From assembly GCA_014360055.1 (NCBI GenBank), contig JACIYH010000002.1, forward strand, positions 38,673 through 102,672: a stretch of DNA of 64,000 nucleotides, read 5' to 3'. This document shows positions 40,818-49,377 of this stretch, in pieces. Numbering within the stretch: the first letter of the stretch is position 1; each line of letters begins with the position of its first letter. Source of the stretch: Bacillota bacterium. GTDB taxonomy: Bacteria > Bacillota > Sulfobacillia > JACIYH01. The position numbers were made by a program, and so were the translations under genes. The notes under the pieces were generated by a model. It made no database searches, was not told where the DNA came from, and was given only the letters and a program-made list of their open reading frames with translations.

Positions 40818-41027
40818 ACGGAAAAGAAGGTCGTCTTCGCGGAGGAGAGGTGCAAGGCCTGTGAGCTGTGCGTGCATTTCTGCCCGCAGAAGATCATCCG
40901 GCTGGCTCCCGACCGCATGAACCCGTCCGGGTATCATCCGGCCGAGGTGGTTGAGCAGGAACGGTGTACCAGTTGTCGCATATGCGCGCTCATGTGTCCC
41001 GACGTGGTCATCGAGGTTTACCGGTGA
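40818..41027 (+). CDS. 2-oxoacid:ferredoxin oxidoreductase delta subunit (2x[4Fe-4S] ferredoxin); no canonical start codon, putative ACG start
   Basis: Frame-0 translation (T)EKKVVFAEERCKACELCVHFCPQKIIRLAPDRMNPSGYHPAEVVEQERCTSCRICALMCPDVVIEVYR* has two CxxCxxCxxxCP motifs; GGGGGAGG lies 8 nt before ACG 40818; no ATG/GTG/TTG in frame between the upstream stop (40794-40796) and the first Cys. Confidence 0.6.
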   Translation, partial: TEKKVVFAEERCKACELCVHFCPQKIIRLAPDRMNPSGYHPAEVVEQERCTSCRICALMCPDVVIEVYR

Positions 41028-41036
41028 GGGGGTGGG

Positions 41037-42110
41037 ATGGTGGCGGAGCTATCGCTGATGAAGGGTAACGAGGCCATCGCGGAGGCCGCCATCCGCGCCG
41101 GCTGCCGCTTCTACGCAGGCTATCCCATCACCCCGCAGAACGAGCTCTGCGAGTACATGGCCAGGCGCATGCCGGAGGTGGGCGGTACCTTCATCCAGTC
41201 GGAGTCGGAGGTGGCCGCCATCAACATGGTGTACGGGGCGGGTGCGGCGGGGGCGCGCGCCATGACCTCGTCTTCGTCGCCGGGGATCAGCCTCAAGCAG
41301 GAGGGGATTTCCTACCTCTGCGGCTCCGAGGTCCCGGGGGTGATCGTCAACATGGTGCGAGGCGGGCCAGGCCTGGGCAGCATCCAGCCCGCCCAATCGG
41401 ATTACTTCCAGGCCACCCGCGGAGGAGGGCACGGGGACTACCGCACCATCGTGCTGGGGCCGGGCAGCATACAGGAGGCGGTGGAGTTGACCATGCTCGC
41501 CTTCGAGCTGGCCGACCGCTACCGCAACCCGGTGGTGATCCTGGGAGACGGCATGATGGGGCAGATGATGGAACCGGTTCAGTTCCCGGACGGCCCGCCG
41601 CCGCAGCCGCCCGCCAAGCCCTGGGCCACCACGGGTACCCGCGGGCGGGGCAGCCCCAACATCATCAACTCTCTCTACATCGAAGCGGAACGCTGCGAGC
41701 GCCACAACCAGCGCCTGCAGGAAAAATACCGGCGCATGGAGGAAAACGAGCCGCGCTACGAACTGGTCAATCCGGAGGCGGAGTACTTCCTGGTCGCCTA
41801 CGGGACCAGTTCCCGCATCTGCCGGGCGGTGGTGGGCCGGGCCTCCCGCGATGGCCTGCGGGTGGGAATGATACGGCCCATCACCCTGTGGCCCTTCCCC
41901 CGCGCCGCCTTCGACCGGGTGGTGGAGCGGGCGCGGGCCTTCCTCACCGTGGAGATGTCCGCCGGCCAGATGGTGGAGGATGTGCGGCTGGCGGTGGAGG
42001 GGCGGCGTCCGGTGCACTTCTACGGGCGCACGGGGGGTGTGGTACCCACACCCCAGGAAGTGCTGGCCCGCCTGAAGCTCGTCGTGGAAGGCCGGGGGGG
42101 TGAGTCCTGA
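41037..42110 (+). CDS. 2-oxoacid:ferredoxin oxidoreductase alpha subunit (probably VOR or KOR)
   Basis: 357 aa; MVAELSLMKGNEAIAEAAIRAGCRFYAGYPITPQNEL... Confidence 0.92.
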   Translation: MVAELSLMKGNEAIAEAAIRAGCRFYAGYPITPQNELCEYMARRMPEVGGTFIQSESEVAAINMVYGAGAAGARAMTSSSSPGISLKQEGISYLCGSEVPGVIVNMVRGGPGLGSIQPAQSDYFQATRGGGHGDYRTIVLGPGSIQEAVELTMLAFELADRYRNPVVILGDGMMGQMMEPVQFPDGPPPQPPAKPWATTGTRGRGSPNIINSLYIEAERCERHNQRLQEKYRRMEENEPRYELVNPEAEYFLVAYGTSSRICRAVVGRASRDGLRVGMIRPITLWPFPRAAFDRVVERARAFLTVEMSAGQMVEDVRLAVEGRRPVHFYGRTGGVVPTPQEVLARLKLVVEGRGGES

Positions 42111-42859
42111 TGCAACGCATCTTCGGTCGACCGGCGGCGCTGACCGGTATCCCCTTCCACTACTGCCCCGGGTGCCCCCACGGCATCGTGCACCGGCTGG
42201 TGGCCGAGTGCCTTGACGAACTTGGGGTGTGCGAGCGGGCGGTGGGGATCGCCCCCGTGGGCTGCGCCGTGTTCGCCTACAACTACTTCAACTGCGACAT
42301 GATCCAGGCCGCCCACGGGCGCGCCCCGGCGGTGGCCACCGGTGTAAAGCGGGTGCAGCCCGATGCGGTGGTGTTCACCTACCAGGGGGACGGCGACCTG
42401 GCCGCCATCGGCACCGCGGAAATCGTGCACGCGGCCACGCGCGGGGAACGGATCACGGTGGTGTTCATCAACAACGCCATCTACGGCATGACGGGCGGCC
42501 AGATGGCGCCGACCACCCTGGTGGGACAGGAGACCACCACCACCCCCCGGGGCCGGGACGCCTCCTACCACGGGCACCCGGTGCGGGTTTCGGAGATGCT
42601 GGCCCTGCTGGACGGGGCCGCGTATGTGGCCCGGGTTTCCGTGCACGCTCCCGGCCACGTCAACCGGGCCAAGCGGGCCCTGCGCCGGGCCTTCGAGGTA
42701 CAACTGGAGAACCGGGGCTTCTCCCTGGTGGAAGTGGTATCCGCCTGCCCCACCAACTGGGGCATGACCCCGGTGGAGGCCCTGCGCTGGGTGGAGCAGA
42801 ACATGCTGCCCTACTACCGCCTGGGCGAGTTCAAGGTACCCGGGCAGGGGGAGGCCTGA
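42110..42859 (+). CDS. 2-oxoacid:ferredoxin oxidoreductase beta subunit (TPP-binding)
   Basis: 249 aa; CPGCPHG and GDGDLAAIG TPP motifs; ATG overlaps the alpha-subunit stop. Confidence 0.92.
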   Translation: MQRIFGRPAALTGIPFHYCPGCPHGIVHRLVAECLDELGVCERAVGIAPVGCAVFAYNYFNCDMIQAAHGRAPAVATGVKRVQPDAVVFTYQGDGDLAAIGTAEIVHAATRGERITVVFINNAIYGMTGGQMAPTTLVGQETTTTPRGRDASYHGHPVRVSEMLALLDGAAYVARVSVHAPGHVNRAKRALRRAFEVQLENRGFSLVEVVSACPTNWGMTPVEALRWVEQNMLPYYRLGEFKVPGQGEA

Positions 42860-42862
42860 ACC

Positions 42863-43405
42863 GTGCTGCACGAGGTGCTCATGGCCGGGTTCGGCGGCCA
42901 GGGCGTGATGGCCATGGGTTCCCTGCTGGCCTATGCAGCGATGCTGGAGGGCCGCCACGTCTCCTGGCTCCCCTCCTACGGCCCGGAGATGCGGGGGGGT
43001 ACGGCCAACTGCCACGTGGTCATCTCCGACGAGCCGGTGGCCTGTCCCCTGGTGACCGAGCCCACCGCGGCCATAGTACTGAACCGTCCCTCCCTGGACC
43101 GCTTCGAGAACAGCGTGCGCCCGGGAGGCATCCTCATCTATAACTCATCCCTCATCGACCGGGCGCCCACCCGCACCGACGTACGGGTGGTGGCCGTGCC
43201 CGCCAACCGGATAGCGGAGGAACTGGGTTCCGCGCGGGTGGCCAACATGGTATGCCTGGGGACGTTCCTGGCCCTCACGGGGGCGGTATCGGCCTCGTCG
43301 GTGTCCCAGTCCCTGCGCAAGGCCCTGCCCGTGCACCGCCACGACCTCATCCCCCTCAACGAGGCAGCCCTCGAACGGGGCGCGCAACTCGCCCGCGCCG
43401 GTTGA
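42863..43405 (+). CDS. 2-oxoacid:ferredoxin oxidoreductase gamma subunit
   Basis: 180 aa; MLHEVLMAGFGGQGVMAMGSLLAYAAMLEG... Confidence 0.9.
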   Translation: MLHEVLMAGFGGQGVMAMGSLLAYAAMLEGRHVSWLPSYGPEMRGGTANCHVVISDEPVACPLVTEPTAAIVLNRPSLDRFENSVRPGGILIYNSSLIDRAPTRTDVRVVAVPANRIAEELGSARVANMVCLGTFLALTGAVSASSVSQSLRKALPVHRHDLIPLNEAALERGAQLARAG

Positions 43406-43463
43406 GAAGGACCCCGCCCCTGCTGCTCGAAAACATTAGAGGGGCCGGGGCGGGGAGGAGCCC

Positions 43464-44198
43464 GTGGAAGAGCAGCCGCGCCGCATCATCACGGTGGAAG
43501 AGGTGGAGGACCTCATCCGGCGCCTGCCGGCGGTGCAGGCCGTGCGGGTGGTGGTGTCCGACTGGGGGGCCATCGAAGAAATCCACGTCCTGGCGGGCAA
43601 CGAACGTCCCGCCAAGCAAATCGTGCGCGACGTGGAGTCCTCCCTGATGGCCCGCTGGGGTCTGCTGATAGATCACAAGTGCATAAGCGTAGCCCAACTC
43701 GTCCCCCGGGAGCCGCCTCCCTTGTCCCTTCGCGTCCGTCTGATGGACGTCCAGATACTGAACGACAACATCCGGCACCTTTGCCAGGTGTGGGTGCGGC
43801 TGGGCCTGCTTGACCCCGCCAGTGGCGAGGCGGTTTTCACCTGTGAGGGGACGGGGGAGGGCGGGGAGATGCCCCAGGCCATCTGGTTCGCGGCCGCCAC
43901 TGCCACCATGAATGCCCTGAACGAACTGACCGATCCCGGCTGGGAATTCGCGTGTCAGGGGGTAAGCTGTGTGGAGGTGGGCGGGGAGCAGGTGGCGGTG
44001 GTATCGGTGGGCGTGATCACCCCCCGGGGCGACGAGGAGAGCCTGGCGGGGGCAGCGGTGGTGCGGGGAGAACGGGTGGAAGCCTTCGTGAAGGCCGCCC
44101 TGGCCGCCGTCAACCGCCGTCTGGGGAAAGCCTGTGCCCAGCGGTCGCGCCGCCTGTGGGCCGAGGTGGAGGAAAGGAGCGAAGTCGGTGATGGCTGA
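43464..44198 (+). CDS. hypothetical conserved protein, 244 aa
   Basis: GTG with RBS GGGGAGGAG; no family recognised from the sequence. Confidence 0.55.
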   Translation: MEEQPRRIITVEEVEDLIRRLPAVQAVRVVVSDWGAIEEIHVLAGNERPAKQIVRDVESSLMARWGLLIDHKCISVAQLVPREPPPLSLRVRLMDVQILNDNIRHLCQVWVRLGLLDPASGEAVFTCEGTGEGGEMPQAIWFAAATATMNALNELTDPGWEFACQGVSCVEVGGEQVAVVSVGVITPRGDEESLAGAAVVRGERVEAFVKAALAAVNRRLGKACAQRSRRLWAEVEERSEVGDG

Positions 44199-45006
44199 CG
44201 GCGACGAGGAACGCGAGCCCACCGGCGGAGGACGCCCCTCCGGGGGAGGGTACCCGTCCCAGGCAGGGCACCCGTCCCGGGAAGGGCACCCGTCCGGGGA
44301 CGGGCCGCGTTCCCCCATCCGGAAGGGGGGGAGCCGCATCCGCATCCCCAAGCCACAGATCCCCCTGGTAGAGCCGTATGGAACGGAGGTGCGGGTACGC
44401 CGCCCCGAACCCGGTCAGCCGGTGCGGGTGGTGGGTCCCAGTCCGCGGCCGGTGCTGACCCCCATACCGCGGGCCTCCCGGACCGTATTCCGGGGTAAGC
44501 TCTTGCAGGTACAGGTGGACCGCGTACGCCTGGGCGGACGCACGGTGGAGAGAGAAGTGGTGCACCATCCCGGGGCGGTGGCGGTGGTGGCGGTCACGCC
44601 GGAGCGCGAGGCAATCCTGGTGCGCCAGTACCGCCACCCCGTCCGGGCCCGCCTCTGGGAGATACCCGCCGGTACGCTGGGTCCGGGGGAGAAACCCCTG
44701 GCGGCCGCCCGGCGGGAACTGGAGGAGGAGACGGGTTACCGCGCCGAACGGTGGCTCAAGCTCGCCGAGGTGTATACGACGCCGGGATTCTGTACCGAGA
44801 AGATGGTGATGTACCTTGCGCGTGACCTCCGGGAGGGGGAGGCTTCCCCGGAGGAAGACGAAGACCTGCAGGTCTGCCGGGTCCCCTGGGGCGAGATCCC
44901 GGCGTGGATCCGGAGTGGCCGGCTGCAGGATGCCAAGACCATACTGGGGCTGCTCCTGGCCTTCCCCCACCTGGACGCGGACATACCGGCGGAAGGGGGG
45001 GCATAA
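44191..45006 (+). CDS. NUDIX hydrolase (ADP-ribose pyrophosphatase-like) with low-complexity Gly/Pro/His N-terminal extension
   Basis: Nudix box GEKPLAAARRELEEETGY; ATG 44191 overlaps the upstream stop; the catalytic core starts near residue 100, so the true start could be later. Confidence 0.8.
   Translation: MADGDEEREPTGGGRPSGGGYPSQAGHPSREGHPSGDGPRSPIRKGGSRIRIPKPQIPLVEPYGTEVRVRRPEPGQPVRVVGPSPRPVLTPIPRASRTVFRGKLLQVQVDRVRLGGRTVEREVVHHPGAVAVVAVTPEREAILVRQYRHPVRARLWEIPAGTLGPGEKPLAAARRELEEETGYRAERWLKLAEVYTTPGFCTEKMVMYLARDLREGEASPEEDEDLQVCRVPWGEIPAWIRSGRLQDAKTILGLLLAFPHLDADIPAEGGA
44248..44310 (+). repeat. about 3.5 copies of an 18-bp tandem repeat (GGGCACCCGTCCCGGGAA-like) encoding G-[YH]-P-S-x-x repeats in the NUDIX N-terminus
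   Basis: GGGTACCCGTCCCAGGCA / GGGCACCCGTCCCGGGAA / GGGCACCCGTCCGGGGAC / GGGCCGCGTTCCCC. Confidence 0.8.
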
Positions 45007-45051
45007 CCTCTACTGGATAACGGGGGGAAGGGGTGAGCGGCCACGCGCGCG

Positions 45052-45669
45052 GTGGCCTCTTTCTTCGTCGCTCACCTGCGTCTGGCGGTGCTGGTCCTCG
45101 TCATCTTTGCGCTGGGAGTGGGGATGGGGGCCTGGGCCGTGGGCGCCCTGGACGTCACCCAGCGCACCGAGTTGCTTACATACCTGTGGGAACTGGAACG
45201 GGTGATGGACGCCCGCTCGGGTGCGGCCGCGGGTCCCGAACTCCTGCGGGTCGCGGTCTCCCAGAACCTGCGCACCCTGGCGGCCATCTGGGTGGGGGGA
45301 CTGCTGGTCATCGGCGTCCCCGTGGCCCCCTTCCTGGTCATGGTGCGCGGGTTCGTCATCGGCTTCACCACCGGCTTCCTGGCCAGCGAGGCCGGCTGGA
45401 GGGGGGTCCTCTTCAGCCTGGGGGCTGTGCTTCCCCACAACCTGGTGGCGGTACCCGCCCTGTGGGCGGCGGCGGTGGCCGCCCTCTCCTTCGCCGGCAA
45501 GGCGTGGACGGCCCGCAGGCGCAGGTGGGCGGGGGCTTTCGCGGGCGACGTTGTGGCTTACGTGGGCACCGGTATCGTGATCGCTTCCCTGCTGGGCCTG
45601 GCCAGCCTGGTGGAAGCCTACGTCACGCCCGCCCTCATCAGGTTGCTGGGGGGTCTGGTGAGGGGCTGA
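45052..45669 (+). CDS. spoIIM: stage II sporulation protein M
   Basis: 205 aa polytopic membrane protein; SpoIIM/DUF95 family pattern. Confidence 0.8.
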   Translation: MASFFVAHLRLAVLVLVIFALGVGMGAWAVGALDVTQRTELLTYLWELERVMDARSGAAAGPELLRVAVSQNLRTLAAIWVGGLLVIGVPVAPFLVMVRGFVIGFTTGFLASEAGWRGVLFSLGAVLPHNLVAVPALWAAAVAALSFAGKAWTARRRRWAGAFAGDVVAYVGTGIVIASLLGLASLVEAYVTPALIRLLGGLVRG

Positions 45670-45900
45670 ACCGCTCGCCGCCGGGTGGTCTTCCCGGCCC
45701 CCTGCACCCGCATGCTGGCGCCCGCTTAACCTGGCGCAAAGCCCAGCCAGTACGAAGAACTCCCCCCGGGCGTGAGGATTCGTCTTTGGGGACAGTGCTG
45801 CCCCACCGGCAGCAGGAAATGACGCCGGTGGGGCAGTATCCTTCCTGGGAGGTTCACCATGTGCAACGCCGGCCGGGCGCAACGAGGAGGGGATGCAGGC

Positions 45901-47010
45901 GTGGTAATCGGAGTACCCAGGGAAATCAAGGCCGACGAGAACAGGGTGGCGATCACACCCGCCGGGGTGATGGCTCTGGCCGGGCACGGGCACCGGGTGC
46001 TGGTGCAGTCGGGGGCAGGAGAGGGAAGTGGATTTACGGACGAGGATTTCCGTGCTGCGGGTGCGGTCATGGTCAGTCGGGAGGAAGCGTGGGGCGCGGA
46101 CCTGGTACTCAAGGTAAAGGAACCCCTGGCCGAGGAGTACGGCTTCTTCCGCCCGGGCCAGGTGCTCTTCACCTACCTGCACCTGGCGCCCGAACGCGAA
46201 CTCACCCTCGCCCTGCTCAACAGGGAGGTGGTGGCCATCGCATACGAGACCGTGCAGCTTCCCGATGGCTCTTTGCCCCTGCTCACGCCGATGAGTGAGG
46301 TGGCCGGCCGTATGGCGGTGCAGATCGGGGCCCACTTCCTGGAGAAGCGCCAGGGAGGGCGCGGGGTGCTGCTGGGGGGCGTGCCCGGGGTTCCCCCGGC
46401 CGACGTGGTCATCATCGGTGGAGGCACGGTGGGGACCAATGCCGCCAAGATCGCCCTGGGCATGGGCGCCCGCGTAACCGTGCTGGACATCAGCGCCGAG
46501 CGGCTGCGCTACCTGGACGACCTTTTCGCCGGCCAGGTCACCACCCTCATGTCCAACAGCTACAACATCGCGCAGGCGGTCAGCCGGGCGGACCTGCTGG
46601 TGGGGGCTGTGCTCATCCCGGGCGCACGGGCCCCCCAACTGGTGAGCGAAGACATGGTGAGGACCATGAAGCCGGGCTCGGTGATCGTGGACGTGGCCAT
46701 CGACCAGGGGGGCATCGTGGCCACCATGGACCGGGTGACCACCCATTCCCACCCCACGTTCGTGAAGCACGGCGTCGTGCACTACGCGGTGGCCAACATC
46801 CCCGGGGCGGTGCCCCGCACCTCCACCCTGGCCCTCACCAACGTCACCATGCCCTACGCCCTCCGCCTGGCGGACATGGGGTGGCGGCGGGCCGCGCAGG
46901 AAGATCCCTGCCTGGCGCGCGGGGTGAACGTGTGCCTGGGTCACGTAACCTACCCCGCGGTGGCCGAGGCCCACGGGCTGGCGTGCAAGCCCCTGGCCGA
47001 ACTGCTCTAG
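45901..47010 (+). CDS. ald: alanine dehydrogenase
   Basis: [23 protein letters not shown]...; GTG 45901 after CGAGGAGGGG; Rossmann motif IIGGGTVG; in-frame part of ORF 45859..47010. Confidence 0.93.
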   Translation: MVIGVPREIKADENRVAITPAGVMALAGHGHRVLVQSGAGEGSGFTDEDFRAAGAVMVSREEAWGADLVLKVKEPLAEEYGFFRPGQVLFTYLHLAPERELTLALLNREVVAIAYETVQLPDGSLPLLTPMSEVAGRMAVQIGAHFLEKRQGGRGVLLGGVPGVPPADVVIIGGGTVGTNAAKIALGMGARVTVLDISAERLRYLDDLFAGQVTTLMSNSYNIAQAVSRADLLVGAVLIPGARAPQLVSEDMVRTMKPGSVIVDVAIDQGGIVATMDRVTTHSHPTFVKHGVVHYAVANIPGAVPRTSTLALTNVTMPYALRLADMGWRRAAQEDPCLARGVNVCLGHVTYPAVAEAHGLACKPLAELL

Positions 47011-47206
47011 CCGGCGGGGGGCGGAGTTAGGGCAGCATGCTCCCGGCCGTTCTCAGCGGCCGGGGAAATACATAACTATGCCTGGGAACCATAAGTATGG
47101 GGGGCGGGTGCTTTTGGCAAAGCAGAAAGGAATCCCCTTGCCCGCGCCGAATACCCAGGAGGCGGCTCCCAGGGGGGCCGGGCTGGCCTGCAGAGGTGGT
47201 AAGGCC

Positions 47207-48097
47207 ATGGCGGCGCCCGACCTGATCGCTCACTTCGTGGACTACCTGCGCAGCGAGAAGGGGCTTTCCCAGAACACGCTGGCTTCCTACGGCTGTGACC
47301 TGGACCAGTACCAGGAGTTCCTGCGCCAGTCGGGCCAGAGCCTGGACACCGCTGGCCGGGCTAGCGTGGTTTCCTACCTGGTATGGCTGCAGAAGCAGGG
47401 CCGGGCCGCGGCCACGGTGGCGCGGCGGCTGGCGGCCCTGCGGGCGTTCTACCAGTTCATGGTACGGGAGCGCTACATGGACAGCGATCCCACCGACAAC
47501 CTGGAGTCGCCCCACCTGGAGCGCAAGCTACCGCGCGTGCTTACCGTGAAGGAAGTGGAGAGGCTGCTGGCGCAGCCCGACCCCAGCACGCCGGCCGGGC
47601 TGCGCGACCGGGCCATGCTGGAACTCCTTTACGCCACCGGCATCCGGGTATCGGAACTGGTCAACCTGCGCCTGGAAGATGTCAACCTGGAGCTGGGTTA
47701 CGTGCGCTGTTTCGGTAAAGGGGGACGGGAGAGGATCATCCCCCTGGGCCGGATGGCGCGCCGGGCCGTGAAGGAATACGTGAACCACGCGCGGCCGCGG
47801 CTGCTTTCCAGCCCGGGCGAACGCATCCTGTTCCTGAATCACCAGGGTGCCCGTCTGACCCGGCAGGGCTTCTGGAAGATCGTCAAGAAGTACGCACAGC
47901 AGGCGGGCATAGACAAGAACATCACACCCCACACCCTCCGCCATTCCTTCGCCACCCACCTCCTTGAGAACGGCGCCGACCTGCGCTCCGTGCAGGAAAT
48001 GCTGGGACATGTGGACATCTCCACCACCCAGATCTACACCCAGGTGACCAAGGGACGGCTGAAGGAGGTATACGCACGCAGTCACCCACGGGCGTGA
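47207..48097 (+). CDS. xerD: site-specific tyrosine recombinase XerD (chromosome dimer resolution)
   Basis: ATG 47207 after GAGGTGGTAAGG; conserved R...HxxR...Y (HTLRHSFATHLL, LGHVDISTTQIYT). Confidence 0.93.
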   Translation: MAAPDLIAHFVDYLRSEKGLSQNTLASYGCDLDQYQEFLRQSGQSLDTAGRASVVSYLVWLQKQGRAAATVARRLAALRAFYQFMVRERYMDSDPTDNLESPHLERKLPRVLTVKEVERLLAQPDPSTPAGLRDRAMLELLYATGIRVSELVNLRLEDVNLELGYVRCFGKGGRERIIPLGRMARRAVKEYVNHARPRLLSSPGERILFLNHQGARLTRQGFWKIVKKYAQQAGIDKNITPHTLRHSFATHLLENGADLRSVQEMLGHVDISTTQIYTQVTKGRLKEVYARSHPRA

Positions 48098-49263
48098 TAC
48101 GGCGGGCCGTGTTGCTGGTGGTCGACGGGCTGGGCGTCGGGGCTCTCCCCGACGCCGACATGTACGGCGACCTGGGCTCCAACACCCTGGGCAACCTGGC
48201 ACGAGCGGCCGGAGGGCTGGATATCCCGCAACTCGGGGCCCTGGGGCTCACCCACTGTACGGTGGTGGTGAACAGTCCCCTCGTGCCCGCCCGGGAACTG
48301 GCGGGTGCCTGGGGGATCATGGCTCCCCTTTCTCCCGGTAAGGAGACCATGATCGGACACTGGGAACTGGCGGGGGTGGTCATCGACCGCCCCCTGGATA
48401 CCTTCCCGCACGGTTTCCCGGCTTGGCTGGTCCGGGAGGTGGAGGGTATCCTGGGCCGCCCCGTGCTGGGCAACGTCCCCGCCTCGGGCACGGAGATCAT
48501 CGCACGGCTGGGCGAGGAACACCTGCGTAGCGGCCGTCCCATCCTGTACACTTCCGCCGACAGCGTACTGCAGGTGGCCGCCCACGAGGAGGTAGTACCT
48601 CCCGACCAGTTGTATGACTGGTGTGCCCGCATCAGAGAGCTGCTGGACTCTTCCCCCCTGCGGGTGGGGCGGGTGATCGCCCGTCCCTTCACCGGGCAGC
48701 ACGGCTCCTTCCGGCGGACACCCGGGCGACACGATTGGGCCCTTCCCCCGCCCGGCCCCACCGTGCTCGATGCCCTGGCGGCGGCGGGCTGTGCCGTGAT
48801 CGGGATCGGCAAAGTGCCCGACATCTACGCCGGGCGCGGTATCACCACCCGGGTGCCCGCGGGCGGCAACCCCCAGATCCTGGCTGCCCTGGAGGGTTCC
48901 TTTTCGCAGCTGGAGCGGGGCCTGATCGTGGCCAACCTGGTGGATTTCGACATGCTTTACGGGCATCGCAACGACGTCCGCGGGTACGCGGCCGCGCTGG
49001 CGACGCTGGATGCCTGGCTGGGTGGCTTCCTGCCCCGCCTGGGGGACGGCGACATGATGGTGATTACCGCCGACCACGGCTGCGATCCCACCACCCCGAG
49101 CACCGACCATTCCCGGGAACTGGTACCGGTGCTGGTGGCCGGACCGGGCTGGAAGGAACGGGGATGTCTGGGGGTCAGACACACCCTGGCCGACGTGGCA
49201 GCCACGCTTGCCTCCCGTTTCGGGTTGTCCTGGTCGCCCCCTGCGGGAGCACGGCCGTTCTGA
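48094..49263 (+). CDS. deoB: phosphopentomutase
   Basis: MIRRAVLLVVDGLGVGALPDADMYGDLGSNTLGN...; GTG overlaps the xerD stop. Confidence 0.92.
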   Translation: MIRRAVLLVVDGLGVGALPDADMYGDLGSNTLGNLARAAGGLDIPQLGALGLTHCTVVVNSPLVPARELAGAWGIMAPLSPGKETMIGHWELAGVVIDRPLDTFPHGFPAWLVREVEGILGRPVLGNVPASGTEIIARLGEEHLRSGRPILYTSADSVLQVAAHEEVVPPDQLYDWCARIRELLDSSPLRVGRVIARPFTGQHGSFRRTPGRHDWALPPPGPTVLDALAAAGCAVIGIGKVPDIYAGRGITTRVPAGGNPQILAALEGSFSQLERGLIVANLVDFDMLYGHRNDVRGYAAALATLDAWLGGFLPRLGDGDMMVITADHGCDPTTPSTDHSRELVPVLVAGPGWKERGCLGVRHTLADVAATLASRFGLSWSPPAGARPF

Positions 49264-49377
49264 CCACCCAGCCGTGCGGGAGTGTCCGCAGCCGTGCGGG
49301 AACAGCCCGGCCGCGCGGGTGTACCGGGCCTTTGCCGCGGGCAAGCTAAGGCAAAAGAGCCCGCGGAGGTGGTGCCA

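Noticed and set aside
47078-48097. xerD as a mobile-element integrase
   Set aside because: The conserved neighbourhood (ald-xerD-deoB) and XerD-type motifs indicate the chromosomal dimer-resolution recombinase. No att-like repeats or phage genes flank it.
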